NCBI GenBank assembly: GCA_016926735.1
Contig: JAFGOA010000219.1
Coordinates: 1-25,613, forward strand
Reading direction: 5' to 3'
DNA: 25,613 nt
Source of the DNA: Promethearchaeota archaeon
Lineage (GTDB): Archaea > Asgardarchaeota > Lokiarchaeia > Sigyniarchaeales > SOKP01
Every line of letters begins with the position of its first letter. The stretch's first letter is position 1. Positions 16,826-25,613 of this stretch are shown here, piece by piece. The position numbers were made by a program, and so were the translations under genes. The notes under the pieces are model-generated. The model was given only the letters and a program-made list of their open reading frames with translations. It searched no databases and was not told where the DNA came from.

Positions 16826-17726
16826 ATGAAATTATCACAAAATAAACGTCGAATAGAGAAGAAATCTTCGAGAACTGCTGGCCTATGCTTGTGTTTGCAG
16901 AGCATCATCATTTTATGAGAGGTCATCATACTATAAAAGTAATGATAATATCGCTCCTCGGTTATTACCAAAATTTCTTCTTCCATTAATTAAGTCCAGA
17001 CGGATTAGATCTTATATTATAAAAAAATTATTTCCAAAAGGTATTTATGAATATGTAATCGTTAGAACAAAAATAATTGATAATATTTTCTCAAATGCTC
17101 TTCTAAATAAATTTGATCAAATCCTTCTTTTTGGTTCTGGTTTTGATTCTAGAGGAATATGTTTAGTGGATAAAGATAGTAGTACAATTATTTTTGAATT
17201 AGATGTAAACACTACAATATCAGACAAATTAAAACAATATAAAAAAAGAAAAATAGATCCTGGAAATGTTAAATACATTACAATAGATTTTAATTCCGAG
17301 AAAATTGAGGATAAATTAAAAAATGCTGGTTTTCAATATAATAAAAAAACACTCTATATTCTCGAAGGAATTACAATGTATTTGAATTATTCTGCTGTAA
17401 TTCAAGATTTTAAATTTATCACAGAAAGCGCCGGTAAAGGAAGCGAAATTGTTTTCGATTATATTTATCAATCAGTTCTTGAAGAAAAGAATTTATATTA
17501 CGGTGAACAGGAAATATATAGGAGAGTTAAAAAGGATGGTGAAGGATGGACTTTTGGATTAAAAAAAGGAGATATTAACACTTTTTTATTGGAGAAAGAT
17601 TTAGCATTAATTAAGCATATGGATTCAAATGAATTGGAAAAAATATATTTTCAAGATGAAAATTGTAATATTATTGCGAAAATAAATGGAACTCATTGTA
17701 TTGTTCACGCAAAGATTAAAGAATAA
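16826..17726 (+). pseudogene. SAM-dependent methyltransferase, leucine carboxyl methyltransferase (LCM/COG3315-like) family, with a +1 frameshift near codon 19
   Basis: ATG 16826 gives MKLSQNKRRIEKKSSRTAG. After one extra base at about 16883 the frame of the 17166 ORF continues YACVCRASSFYE...VIVRTKIIDN...QILLFGSGFDSRG...IFELD...ILEGITMYL...IVFDY. The repaired product is 299 aa. Confidence 0.8.
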
Positions 17727-17796
17727 AAAGATTTGAATATATAATTTTGTATTAAAAATACCTATAAATATGATTTAGAGTTCTAAAAAATGGTTT

Positions 17797-18456
17797 TTAA
17801 CCATTATCATATGTAAATCCACATATAAATGTAAATATAATTAGTATAATTAAGAATAATCCGATATCCGTTAATAAAATTGTAGCATTATCTGGGTTTA
17901 AAAACCACACTCCTAAAGATCCACCTAAAACTAAAAGAATAAACATTATATATGAAAGAAGAAATAATGGAAACCATATTTTAGAAAAATATTTCTTTAC
18001 TTTAGCGGATAGATGATTCTGCCACCATTTTTGTGATTTTTCTCTTCTAAAGGCTACAAAACAATTAATGATTCCTATAAATAGAAAAGCAACGCCCCCT
18101 CCAAATAATAGAGCTAAAATTGTGAGAATAAATAGGCCTATAGGCCCATAATTCTTCTGAATAAACTTAATTGACCAAATAATAGCTAAAATCCCAATAA
18201 TTATAGCAAAAATACCAGTAATTAGAAAATTAGGTATAAGAGTTATAGCAAGTTCATTTCCTTCTTTCCAATACCAATGTCCGGAAGCAATAGCATTGAT
18301 TACAATTCCATTAGGTGGAGTATTTCCTTGAAAGATTTCAAAGATTCCATGTTCTATACTAATAAATCCCCCTAATGTGCCTAGTGCTGAGATTTGAACC
18401 ACTATTGCATTGGTGTCTCGCTTATGTAAATGATTATTTTTTTCTTGTTTTTTCAT
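17797..18456 (-). CDS. Uncharacterised multi-pass membrane protein
   Basis: About 5-6 hydrophobic segments; motif-like EHGIFEIFQGN, TLIPNFLITG, LLFGGG; function not recognised. Confidence 0.8.
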   Translation of the reverse strand: MKKQEKNNHLHKRDTNAIVVQISALGTLGGFISIEHGIFEIFQGNTPPNGIVINAIASGHWYWKEGNELAITLIPNFLITGIFAIIIGILAIIWSIKFIQKNYGPIGLFILTILALLFGGGVAFLFIGIINCFVAFRREKSQKWWQNHLSAKVKKYFSKIWFPLFLLSYIMFILLVLGGSLGVWFLNPDNATILLTDIGLFLIILIIFTFICGFTYDNG

Positions 18457-18665
18457 AATTAAACATTATTTTGAATAAAATATACAATTTTGATTAATTT
18501 ATCTTTATCTTATAATTTTACTATCAAAACTACAATATATCATACAGAAAAAAAAGTATAAAAAATACCTATAAACCTTTAATTGATTTTATTACTACGG
18601 AACATTTTGTATAATTTTTCATAATATTTCAAGAGTTTTTCATAGTCACCTTCAATTATATCATT

Positions 18666-21122
18666 TTATCCGATAAATTGTGTTTGCACTTGCTCATAGA
18701 GATTTTTCTTATAGATAATTTTAATTCCAGACCTAGCTGCAATAAATATTATAGCAATTGGGATAAGAATTGTACCTAAGTATGTAAGCATTGTATAATG
18801 CATAAAGATTGAAAATTCATTTTCGTATGCCATAATCATAAAGTTCGTAATTAACGGTATTGCTAGGAGTGCAATTATGATTGCAATAGCGGTCCAGATT
18901 AGATTTTCTAATAATATCTGTCCATAAATCTTCCTTTTCTTGAACCCAAGACTTCTTAGTACTCCATATTCTTTTTCATGCTCTGTAATCTTCATTTGTG
19001 TAGAGTTGAATAATATAAAGAATTCAACGATTCCCGCAAATCCTACAACAATTCCTATAAAGGGGATTATTAGATTTCCGTATATTTTTATCTGATTAAT
19101 TAAATCATCCATAGGTTGGACTACTGAGATTTTATCAGATATATTATAGAGATCATTGATAATTTGTGATTTGTTCGTAAGCGTATCTGAATAGGTTAGA
19201 AAGATAAAATTTATTTTCCCGAGTTGGTTTGAAAAGGACTGAGCAGAATCCAATAAGACATAGCAAGTTGTCATTAGTTCTTTGGTAATTCCAACAATTA
19301 TAAATTGTTTTTCATTTCCTGATGGGCTATATATTGTAATATTATCTCCAATATTCAATTTTAATTTTAGTGAAATATGTTCAGAAATTATTATTTCGTT
19401 ATTATTTTGATAAAGTCGGCTTGATTTTCCATTTTTATCAATAAGATTAAATTGATGTAAAGTCTGGCTCTGATTAAAACCAAGTAAAAAACCTGTTTGA
19501 TTATTAACATTTATCTGAGGATTCTCAAAGAGTAAAGTAAGCCTGAGTGCTGATTCTTCTTTAGCTATACCAGATAAAGCACTAGTATCCTTCACTTCAG
19601 GACCTGTATCATTAACTCCGATTGAAAAAGATACACTCGTGTCCCATTTCTCTGTTATTCTTATTGCATTATTAGTAGTATATTGTATACTATCCCACAT
19701 AACGAACATTGAACAAACAATTAAGATAGAAAATGTTATTCCAACCATCATTAAAGATGTATTACGCGGATTTCTAATGAAATTTTTCCAAAATAGTTTA
19801 TTTGAGGGACGCATACGGATTTTCATTCCTCTTTTTAATTTTCTATTTTTTTTACCATGTGTTATTCTTTCAGAACCTTGTTGTTTATAGACTAAATCAA
19901 CCATATTTTTCTTCATCATCTTATAAACTGAAGGAACCATTGATAAAAACCCGATTCCCAGATTTAGCAAAAGAGCCTCAATAATAGGTATAAAGGAAAA
20001 GGGAAATAATAGAGATATTCCTAAAATTCCCGTACCCATTTCTATTGCCATTCCTTCAAGGAGCATATATGCAAAAACAGTACTAATAATTGTCGATACC
20101 AATGTAATTTGAAGTAATAATACAATATATGACTTAGATATTTCTTTCTTAGAAAACCCTAGACACCCAAGAATACCAATTTGCTTCTGCTGGGCAGAGA
20201 TAAACTGTTTATAAATTGATACATTCGATGTTAAGGCCATTATTATCGCAAGAATTAAAATTATAAAGAACACTTGCGTGCTTCCTTCAAGATCACTCAT
20301 CAAATAATGCCATGTATAACTATCCTCAAAAGGAGTGCTTGAAATCAATTGAATGCCTAGACTTTCAAATTTTGCTTGTATCACCTTATTCAAATCAATT
20401 TGATTGACATTTGAATCGAAAACAACCTGTAACTGATTATATTGATAAAATATATACGGAAAAAATAATTCCGAGTTTGATGCATTAATCGTTTGTATTA
20501 AATCATCTACATCCACAAATCCAATACCCATTGATCCTTTTATGGGAAACAATACTTCAGGTGCGCTATTAGTCATAGTAAATTCAATGCTCCAGAAATC
20601 TCCTTTGATCGTAAAATTTGCATTTCCCAGCGATTCAATCGTAAGATTTTCAGAATTTTGCAGATTTCGAGTTTCATAAAATTCTTTTGACAATAATATC
20701 ATGTGATCGTCACCAGGTTGTAAATTACTACCTGATTTTAAATCATAATTATATATGGGTAAATTGTTTGTCTCCGAAAATTCCGATGTAACATTAATTC
20801 CGATCAACCGTATTTGATATGTTTGTGGATCATCCTTTATTTTAATAGGAAACTGAAATACAAGCCGGGGAACGACATCTTTCACTCCAGGTATTTTTCC
20901 AATCTCAGAGGAAACTGTTGAATTAAATCCATAAGTTACATATTCATAATCAGCCCGATGGGCATCTTCATAAAGAGTTGCAAAAAGTGGTTTAATAGAA
21001 GTGAAGATTTGAAAGATTCCAACAGAAAAACCAATACATAGTGATAATATAATTAATAAAGCATATCTTCGTTTTCCTAATTTTTTTAAATCCTTCCAAG
21101 GTTTTTTAATCAATAATTTCAT
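18666..21122 (-). CDS. FtsX/MacB-like ABC transporter permease (duplicated architecture)
   Basis: Two repeats of TM, large extracytoplasmic loop, 3 TM, with signatures QIGILGCLGFSKKEI and EYGVLRSLGFKKRKI; 13 bp downstream of an ABC ATPase. Confidence 0.92.
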   Translation of the reverse strand: MKLLIKKPWKDLKKLGKRRYALLIILSLCIGFSVGIFQIFTSIKPLFATLYEDAHRADYEYVTYGFNSTVSSEIGKIPGVKDVVPRLVFQFPIKIKDDPQTYQIRLIGINVTSEFSETNNLPIYNYDLKSGSNLQPGDDHMILLSKEFYETRNLQNSENLTIESLGNANFTIKGDFWSIEFTMTNSAPEVLFPIKGSMGIGFVDVDDLIQTINASNSELFFPYIFYQYNQLQVVFDSNVNQIDLNKVIQAKFESLGIQLISSTPFEDSYTWHYLMSDLEGSTQVFFIILILAIIMALTSNVSIYKQFISAQQKQIGILGCLGFSKKEISKSYIVLLLQITLVSTIISTVFAYMLLEGMAIEMGTGILGISLLFPFSFIPIIEALLLNLGIGFLSMVPSVYKMMKKNMVDLVYKQQGSERITHGKKNRKLKRGMKIRMRPSNKLFWKNFIRNPRNTSLMMVGITFSILIVCSMFVMWDSIQYTTNNAIRITEKWDTSVSFSIGVNDTGPEVKDTSALSGIAKEESALRLTLLFENPQINVNNQTGFLLGFNQSQTLHQFNLIDKNGKSSRLYQNNNEIIISEHISLKLKLNIGDNITIYSPSGNEKQFIIVGITKELMTTCYVLLDSAQSFSNQLGKINFIFLTYSDTLTNKSQIINDLYNISDKISVVQPMDDLINQIKIYGNLIIPFIGIVVGFAGIVEFFILFNSTQMKITEHEKEYGVLRSLGFKKRKIYGQILLENLIWTAIAIIIALLAIPLITNFMIMAYENEFSIFMHYTMLTYLGTILIPIAIIFIAARSGIKIIYKKNLYEQVQTQFIG

Positions 21123-21135
21123 TTTAAAAATCCCC

Positions 21136-21852
21136 CTATATATTCAGTGGTTTATCCGAATCATTAACAATTTTTCCATTCCTTATGTGAATTTCTCTTG
21201 ATTGCAATTTTTGTGTAATTAGAGGGTTATGGGTGACGACTATAAAGGTTGCATTATAATCCAAAGCAATTTTTTTTACTAACTTAAGAATTTGATCACC
21301 CGTTTCTTCATCGACGTTTCCTGTGGGTTCGTCCATTAGAATGAGAAGTTTTCCCTCAGCATATTCTTCCTTAACCAAAGCCCGGGCAATGGTGACTCTT
21401 TGCTGTTGACCCCCACTCAGTTCAGAAGGAATGTGATCTAACCGATCACCTAAGCCAACAGCTTCTAAATATTTTATAGCAACATTTCGGATCTCATCTT
21501 TTTTCCCGAAGGATTCAATTGAGATTTCCACATTTTCTAATGCGGTCAATGAAGGTAATAAATTGAAGAATTGAAAAACGAAACCTACCTTCTTTTTTCT
21601 ATAATCTGCAAGTTGATTAGGAGATAACTCGCTGATGAGTTCATTAAATATATATATTTCCCCTGATGTTGGAGAATCTATTCCACCTAATAAATTTAAT
21701 AAGGTTGTTTTACCTGCCCCTGATGGACCGAGTAATGTAATTAATTCTCCCGATTTAATTTCCAAATTAATATTATCTAATGCAGTGACATTATTTTGAC
21801 CCATAGGATAAATCTTGCTCACATTATTTAATACCAATGATTGTTCTGCCAT
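21136..21852 (-). CDS. ABC transporter ATP-binding protein (LolD/MacB type)
   Basis: Walker A GPSGAGKTT, GFVFQFFNLL, signature LSGGQQQRV, Walker B ILMDEPTG, H-loop VVTHN. Confidence 0.96.
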   Translation of the reverse strand: MAEQSLVLNNVSKIYPMGQNNVTALDNINLEIKSGELITLLGPSGAGKTTLLNLLGGIDSPTSGEIYIFNELISELSPNQLADYRKKKVGFVFQFFNLLPSLTALENVEISIESFGKKDEIRNVAIKYLEAVGLGDRLDHIPSELSGGQQQRVTIARALVKEEYAEGKLLILMDEPTGNVDEETGDQILKLVKKIALDYNATFIVVTHNPLITQKLQSREIHIRNGKIVNDSDKPLNI

Positions 21853-21867
21853 TAAATCACTATTCCT

Positions 21868-21966
21868 TTATTTTGTTATACAATTGAAAAAATAAGATGT
21901 TAAAAATTTCTTTACTTTTTGAGTAGATATTTTACAATTTAATAATTGTTGTTTAAAATCATTCAT
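21868..21966 (-). CDS. Possible 32-aa small ORF upstream of the ABC ATPase
   Basis: ATG at 21966 preceded by AAGGA; MNDFKQQLLNCKISTQKVKKFLTSYFFNCITK; its stop abuts the ATPase SD region. Confidence 0.25.
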   Translation of the reverse strand: MNDFKQQLLNCKISTQKVKKFLTSYFFNCITK

Positions 21967-22214
21967 GTTTTAATCCTTTTATTTTAAACCAATATGTTAG
22001 TGCTAACGTATGTTTTTAAAAGATTCTTTATTTCAATCTCAAATTTAACACTTTTTAACAAAATGGTTTTATATTAATGTTCTATAGATCATTTATAAAA
22101 TAAATCTATTATAATATTATATTATTCTTCTAAATATTTAAATCTTTTTTGTGATTCTGGCTCAAACGTTAATGTATTCATACGATACCTTTACATTTTT
22201 CGACTTTTTCCTAA

Positions 22215-22233
22215 ATTACGGAAATTCCGTAAT
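22215..22233. promoter_or_regulatory. Palindromic operator candidate
   Basis: ATTACGGAA-A-TTCCGTAAT, a perfect 9-bp inverted repeat containing CGG/CCG, 30 bp upstream of the wHTH regulator ATG in the divergent intergenic region. Confidence 0.65.
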
Positions 22234-22263
22234 GTTATTATATCATCTTTAATATTTTATTCC

Positions 22264-23139
22264 ATGGCTAATAATAACACTTCTGATTTAGATTTATTAT
22301 TTAATGCAATTTCCTCTGAAACAACATATAATATATTAAAACTTTATGAAGATAATAGTTTTAATTTAACCGACACCGCTAAACAATTAAATTATTCTAT
22401 ATCAACAATACAAGATAATCTTAAAAAACTTCTTCAATCCGATTTAATATATTTAAATGAAAAAAAATATCATTTATCGAGTTTCGGAAATTATTTTTTA
22501 TCAAAAATGAAAGAATTCGAAGAAGTAAATAAATTAAAACATTTATTTGGAAAAATCCCTTTAAAATTAATCCCTTGCGAATTTATTGAAGAATTAATCC
22601 CACTATTAAAAAATATCAAAGTTCAAGAGACATCTTGGCATTTTCTAAATATTTTAAATGAATTATTAGCTAAATTTAAAGATGAAATAGAAAACGGATT
22701 AATTATAGGGGAAATTCAAGTTATAGGTTGGTGGGATTTAAATTTTGATTTTGAAATTTTAAAAGCTCTTTTTCCCAATTTAACAATGGAGTATAAGTCT
22801 TTATCAAAATTATTTAAAAATCTTAAATTTAGATTAATCTCAGATAAAAATTTCGCAGATGATTTAATTAGTAATGAATTTTTTCATGAGATGAGACAAC
22901 ATTTGGAAATAGGTCAATATATCAGAATCGTGGAAGATGATATAAAATTTAATTTTACAATCATGAAATTTGAAGAAACTGTAATTTTATTTATGATAGA
23001 AAATAATGACATTGATATAAGACATCATATATTTATTCAAAATCCTAAAAGTCATATTTTTTTTAATAATATTTTTAACTATTATCAAGAAAAATCTGTA
23101 CCCATTGATGAATATATAAAGAAATTATCAGGAAATTAG
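22264..23139 (+). CDS. Winged-helix (ArsR-like) transcriptional regulator with C-terminal putative sensing domain
   Basis: LFNAISSETTYNILKL...NLTDTAKQLNYSISTIQDNLKKLLQSDLI...YHLSSFG wHTH pattern; resembles archaeal COG4742-type regulators; divergent from the ABC operon. Confidence 0.8.
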   Translation: MANNNTSDLDLLFNAISSETTYNILKLYEDNSFNLTDTAKQLNYSISTIQDNLKKLLQSDLIYLNEKKYHLSSFGNYFLSKMKEFEEVNKLKHLFGKIPLKLIPCEFIEELIPLLKNIKVQETSWHFLNILNELLAKFKDEIENGLIIGEIQVIGWWDLNFDFEILKALFPNLTMEYKSLSKLFKNLKFRLISDKNFADDLISNEFFHEMRQHLEIGQYIRIVEDDIKFNFTIMKFEETVILFMIENNDIDIRHHIFIQNPKSHIFFNNIFNYYQEKSVPIDEYIKKLSGN

Positions 23140-23152
23140 ATTAGACTGCAAT

Positions 23153-24199
23153 TTATTGGTCTATTTTAACATTTTTTTCACTTAGATGAAATAATTTTCT
23201 TTTAGAATCTTCACTTAAAGGATTAAAGCGGATAGAAATTCTTTCCAAAGAGTTCAACTCCAGTATAGAATTAGGAAGAGTAGATATAGAATTATGATCT
23301 AAATCTAAAATTCTCAATGAATCTAATAATTCAATTGATTCAGATATTCTGGTTAATTTACACCCGTTTATTATCAATACTTCAAGATTATTTAAATTAT
23401 AAATAGACTCTGGAATATCTTCTAATACTGAATTAATTATTTTGAGTTTATTTATATGCTTATTTTTAACAATAAATCCAGAAGAATCTTTGTTTTCTAA
23501 ATAATCAATAGGATGAACAATTACTTTCTCTAACTCCTTTAGAGCCTTGATTTCATATTCTGCTATTTTGACACCTTTAAAGTCTATTAACGATTCTTCT
23601 AAATCCATTCCACATAAAAGACAGTAAGTTCTGAAAGGATCTATAATCTTTCCACAATATAGACAAGTATTTTTTTTTCCTATTAATGGATCTAATTTCA
23701 AACCTTTCTTTTTTCCGCAAGTAGAACAAAATATTTGGTCCTTATCTAGCTTTGCTCCACAATTAGCACAATTTGTTATTATATTGTTAGTACTATTATT
23801 TTGGTTTTCATAATAAGACGTCATATAATTCTTTAATCTAAATAACCAATTTTCTAGATCTGTTAATTTATTAATATTTTTAGGGTTATTTTGTTTGTCT
23901 AATTGTAATGTATCCTTAATTTTTGTTTTTAACCGATCATATATTGATAATTCTTCATGTGACTTGTCAGTTACTTGATTATATAAGGATTTTTTTTTTA
24001 TATTAATCTTTTCTTTTAAATCAGAAAGAAGCATTTTAGGTGTTGTAAATCTTATAATATTTTTTCGATCTGGAGGTAGGTTTGGATCAGGAAGGAAATC
24101 ATCAACAGTAAGATTATGTTTATCATGATTAAGTATATTTTGTTTTGTTTTTTTTATTTTTCCTCTTATTTTATCTATAAAATTAGCAATATCGTCCAT
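23153..24199 (-). CDS. Double zinc-ribbon plus leucine-rich-repeat protein
   Basis: CANC...CSTC and CLYC...CLLC pairs; about 4 LRRs (LEDIPESIYNLNNLEVLII, LTRISESIELLDSLRILDLDHNSISTLPNSILELNSLERISIRFNPL). Confidence 0.85.
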   Translation of the reverse strand: MDDIANFIDKIRGKIKKTKQNILNHDKHNLTVDDFLPDPNLPPDRKNIIRFTTPKMLLSDLKEKINIKKKSLYNQVTDKSHEELSIYDRLKTKIKDTLQLDKQNNPKNINKLTDLENWLFRLKNYMTSYYENQNNSTNNIITNCANCGAKLDKDQIFCSTCGKKKGLKLDPLIGKKNTCLYCGKIIDPFRTYCLLCGMDLEESLIDFKGVKIAEYEIKALKELEKVIVHPIDYLENKDSSGFIVKNKHINKLKIINSVLEDIPESIYNLNNLEVLIINGCKLTRISESIELLDSLRILDLDHNSISTLPNSILELNSLERISIRFNPLSEDSKRKLFHLSEKNVKIDQ

Positions 24200-24395
24200 A
24201 TTTGTTTTAATTTTAGGTCCTTATAGTGATATAATAATATAATAAAATATTCTTTTAAATAAATTATCTCTTTTTTTTTTTCTTTTACTTTTTAATGATT
24301 CTAATCAATCATTTAAACATAATTTATAAATTATACATCAAATTAATAGAGGAGCTTCCTCATAGTCTTGGAAACTAATAGATATCAACGGTTTT

Positions 24396-24935
24396 TTAGG
24401 TGATTTTTTCCATTATTTTTTCCATTTTTGGTATAGATTCTCTTAAATGTTTTCTCAAACGCTTTTGATTTCTAAAATAAGGCATTTTCGCTAGATCTGT
24501 TTTTTTATAGAACTCTGGTTTATTCTTATTAGTTTCAATTATTTTTAATTGTTCTTTCTGACTGTTTATAACATGGGGAAGTAAAATTTTATGAAAATCT
24601 TTCCATCTATCATTAAAAACTTCTTTGGTTTCACCATTTTTTTCATCAAAGATAGGAGAAAAAACTAATATAGAGATAAATATATGTATGTAATTTTTAA
24701 AGATACGGGTTGTATAAAGAGGTAGAATACCTATTGGTTGTTTAATTCTCTTGTGTTCAATTTGAAAAAAGATTACATGTTTATTCGTAAAAATAAGTGG
24801 AGAATTCCATTTATATGCTGTTTTCCAAATAAATTGTTCTATTTTTGCATAAGTTGCATAGACAATTTCTTCGGAAGAAGGGATAAATTGTTTAAAAAGT
24901 TCCATATCCTCATTTGTAAGATAAATGTTAGACAT
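24396..24935 (-). CDS. Hypothetical protein, possibly PH-like fold at the N-terminus
   Basis: 179-aa ORF; EEIVYAT...KWNSPLIFTNKHVIFF resembles the E..I...L.lTnkr.if pattern of prokaryotic PH-like domains (weak). Confidence 0.6.
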   Translation of the reverse strand: MSNIYLTNEDMELFKQFIPSSEEIVYATYAKIEQFIWKTAYKWNSPLIFTNKHVIFFQIEHKRIKQPIGILPLYTTRIFKNYIHIFISILVFSPIFDEKNGETKEVFNDRWKDFHKILLPHVINSQKEQLKIIETNKNKPEFYKKTDLAKMPYFRNQKRLRKHLRESIPKMEKIMEKIT

Positions 24936-25283
24936 TATTATATTAAGATTTTTTCTCCTAATTTAAATTTATTTAGTATTTAGTTACAAAGCTATTTAGT
25001 ATTAATTAGTTCCTTATTTTATCTTAATTATGATAATTTTCTCATCGTTATATTTAATGTGAAAAAATGTAATTACGATGAAATAATGAAAAATTAGAAT
25101 ATGATAAACAATTTTGAAATACTATTAGAAATTCAAATATTTTTTATATAATATTCTGAAAGTAGATTTTTCACAAAAATTTGAATTTTTATATTTTCCA
25201 AAAAATAATAAACGAATCCAAAATTTCCACTGGTTACGAATTGTTCATATTTGAAAAAGAAATTTTCATAACAAAATAGCCTC

Positions 25284-25613
25284 TCAAAGGTTAAAAAGAG
25301 ATCCGATATCAAAAAACGAATTTCTTGAGAAAAACTTGAGTCCATTCTTAACGGTGAATTTTACATCTAATTTCCTTGATGAATTCAGCATTGTTAAAAC
25401 TTTTGACATTGGTGTTCCAATACTAGATACAAAATATTCAAAATTAGATTTTGGCTTAAAATATATATTTTTTATTTCATCTGGGACCTTGTATTTGGCA
25501 TTTCTAAATAAGGGATTAGCTTTCTTGTTGCCAACCATTAAATCATGAAATGCTTCGATTCTTGTTCTAAGTCCTTCAAAACCAGAACTTCCATCAAGAC
25601 TAATATGAATGTG
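25284..25613 (-). CDS. 3' part of a gene truncated by the window edge; probable 2-hydroxyacyl-CoA dehydratase/activase-related protein
   Basis: The frame is open to 25613 and reads HIHISLDGSSGFEGLRTRIEAFHDLMVGNKK; the LD.....GL.TRIEAF motif is typical of the C-terminus of that family. Confidence 0.6.
   Translation of the reverse strand, partial: HIHISLDGSSGFEGLRTRIEAFHDLMVGNKKANPLFRNAKYKVPDEIKNIYFKPKSNFEYFVSSIGTPMSKVLTMLNSSRKLDVKFTVKNGLKFFSRNSFFDIGSLFNL

Noticed and set aside
16750-16986. 78-aa minus-strand ORF
   Set aside because: Antisense to the frameshifted 5' part of the methyltransferase, which explains this sequence.
24319-24361. 16-bp AT-only palindrome and short GAGGA-GCT-TCCTC hairpin
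   Set aside because: Too AT-rich or too short to distinguish from chance.
6070-24983. Remaining short plus-strand ORFs at 6070, 8460, 10962, 14014, 15211, 19639, 19802 and 24738
   Set aside because: Each lies antisense to a longer, better-supported gene and lacks motifs.
25133-25548. ORFs 25133..25345 (-) and 25336..25548 (+)
   Set aside because: They overlap the better-supported truncated gene at 25284..25613 and have low-complexity, motif-free translations.

Overview
AT-rich archaeal chromosomal window, most likely from an Asgard archaeon of the Lokiarchaeia. This is inferred from the EF-1alpha sequence, an Asgard-type profilin domain, a zinc-ribbon/LRR protein and the priL-priS-GINS arrangement. 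Core genes: a stand-alone EF-1alpha, aIF2alpha-nop10 converging on priL-priS-GINS, and an hsp20. Accessory genes: a DUF285/BspA-type repeat surface protein, TreT trehalose synthase, a small Zn-finger protein, a 974-aa SIR2-like domain fused directly to about 15 TPRs, a frameshifted LCM-family methyltransferase, an FtsX/LolD-type ABC exporter with a divergent wHTH regulator, a double-zinc-ribbon-LRR protein, and a truncated gene at the right edge. Best candidates for new biology: (i) a two-gene unit encoding a profilin with a long basic and helical C-terminal extension plus an unknown 464-aa protein, the two sharing an S-x-LANIYK motif; (ii) the SIR2-TPR protein, a possible one-component immune sensor-effector with no visible NTPase; (iii) a perfect 11-bp inverted repeat over the predicted hsp20 transcription start, a candidate heat-shock operator; (iv) a decaying 96-bp duplicate of the EF-1alpha stop codon and 3' UTR. 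I saw no CRISPR array, rRNA, tRNA or transposase. All family calls come from recognising motifs by eye, not from database searches.
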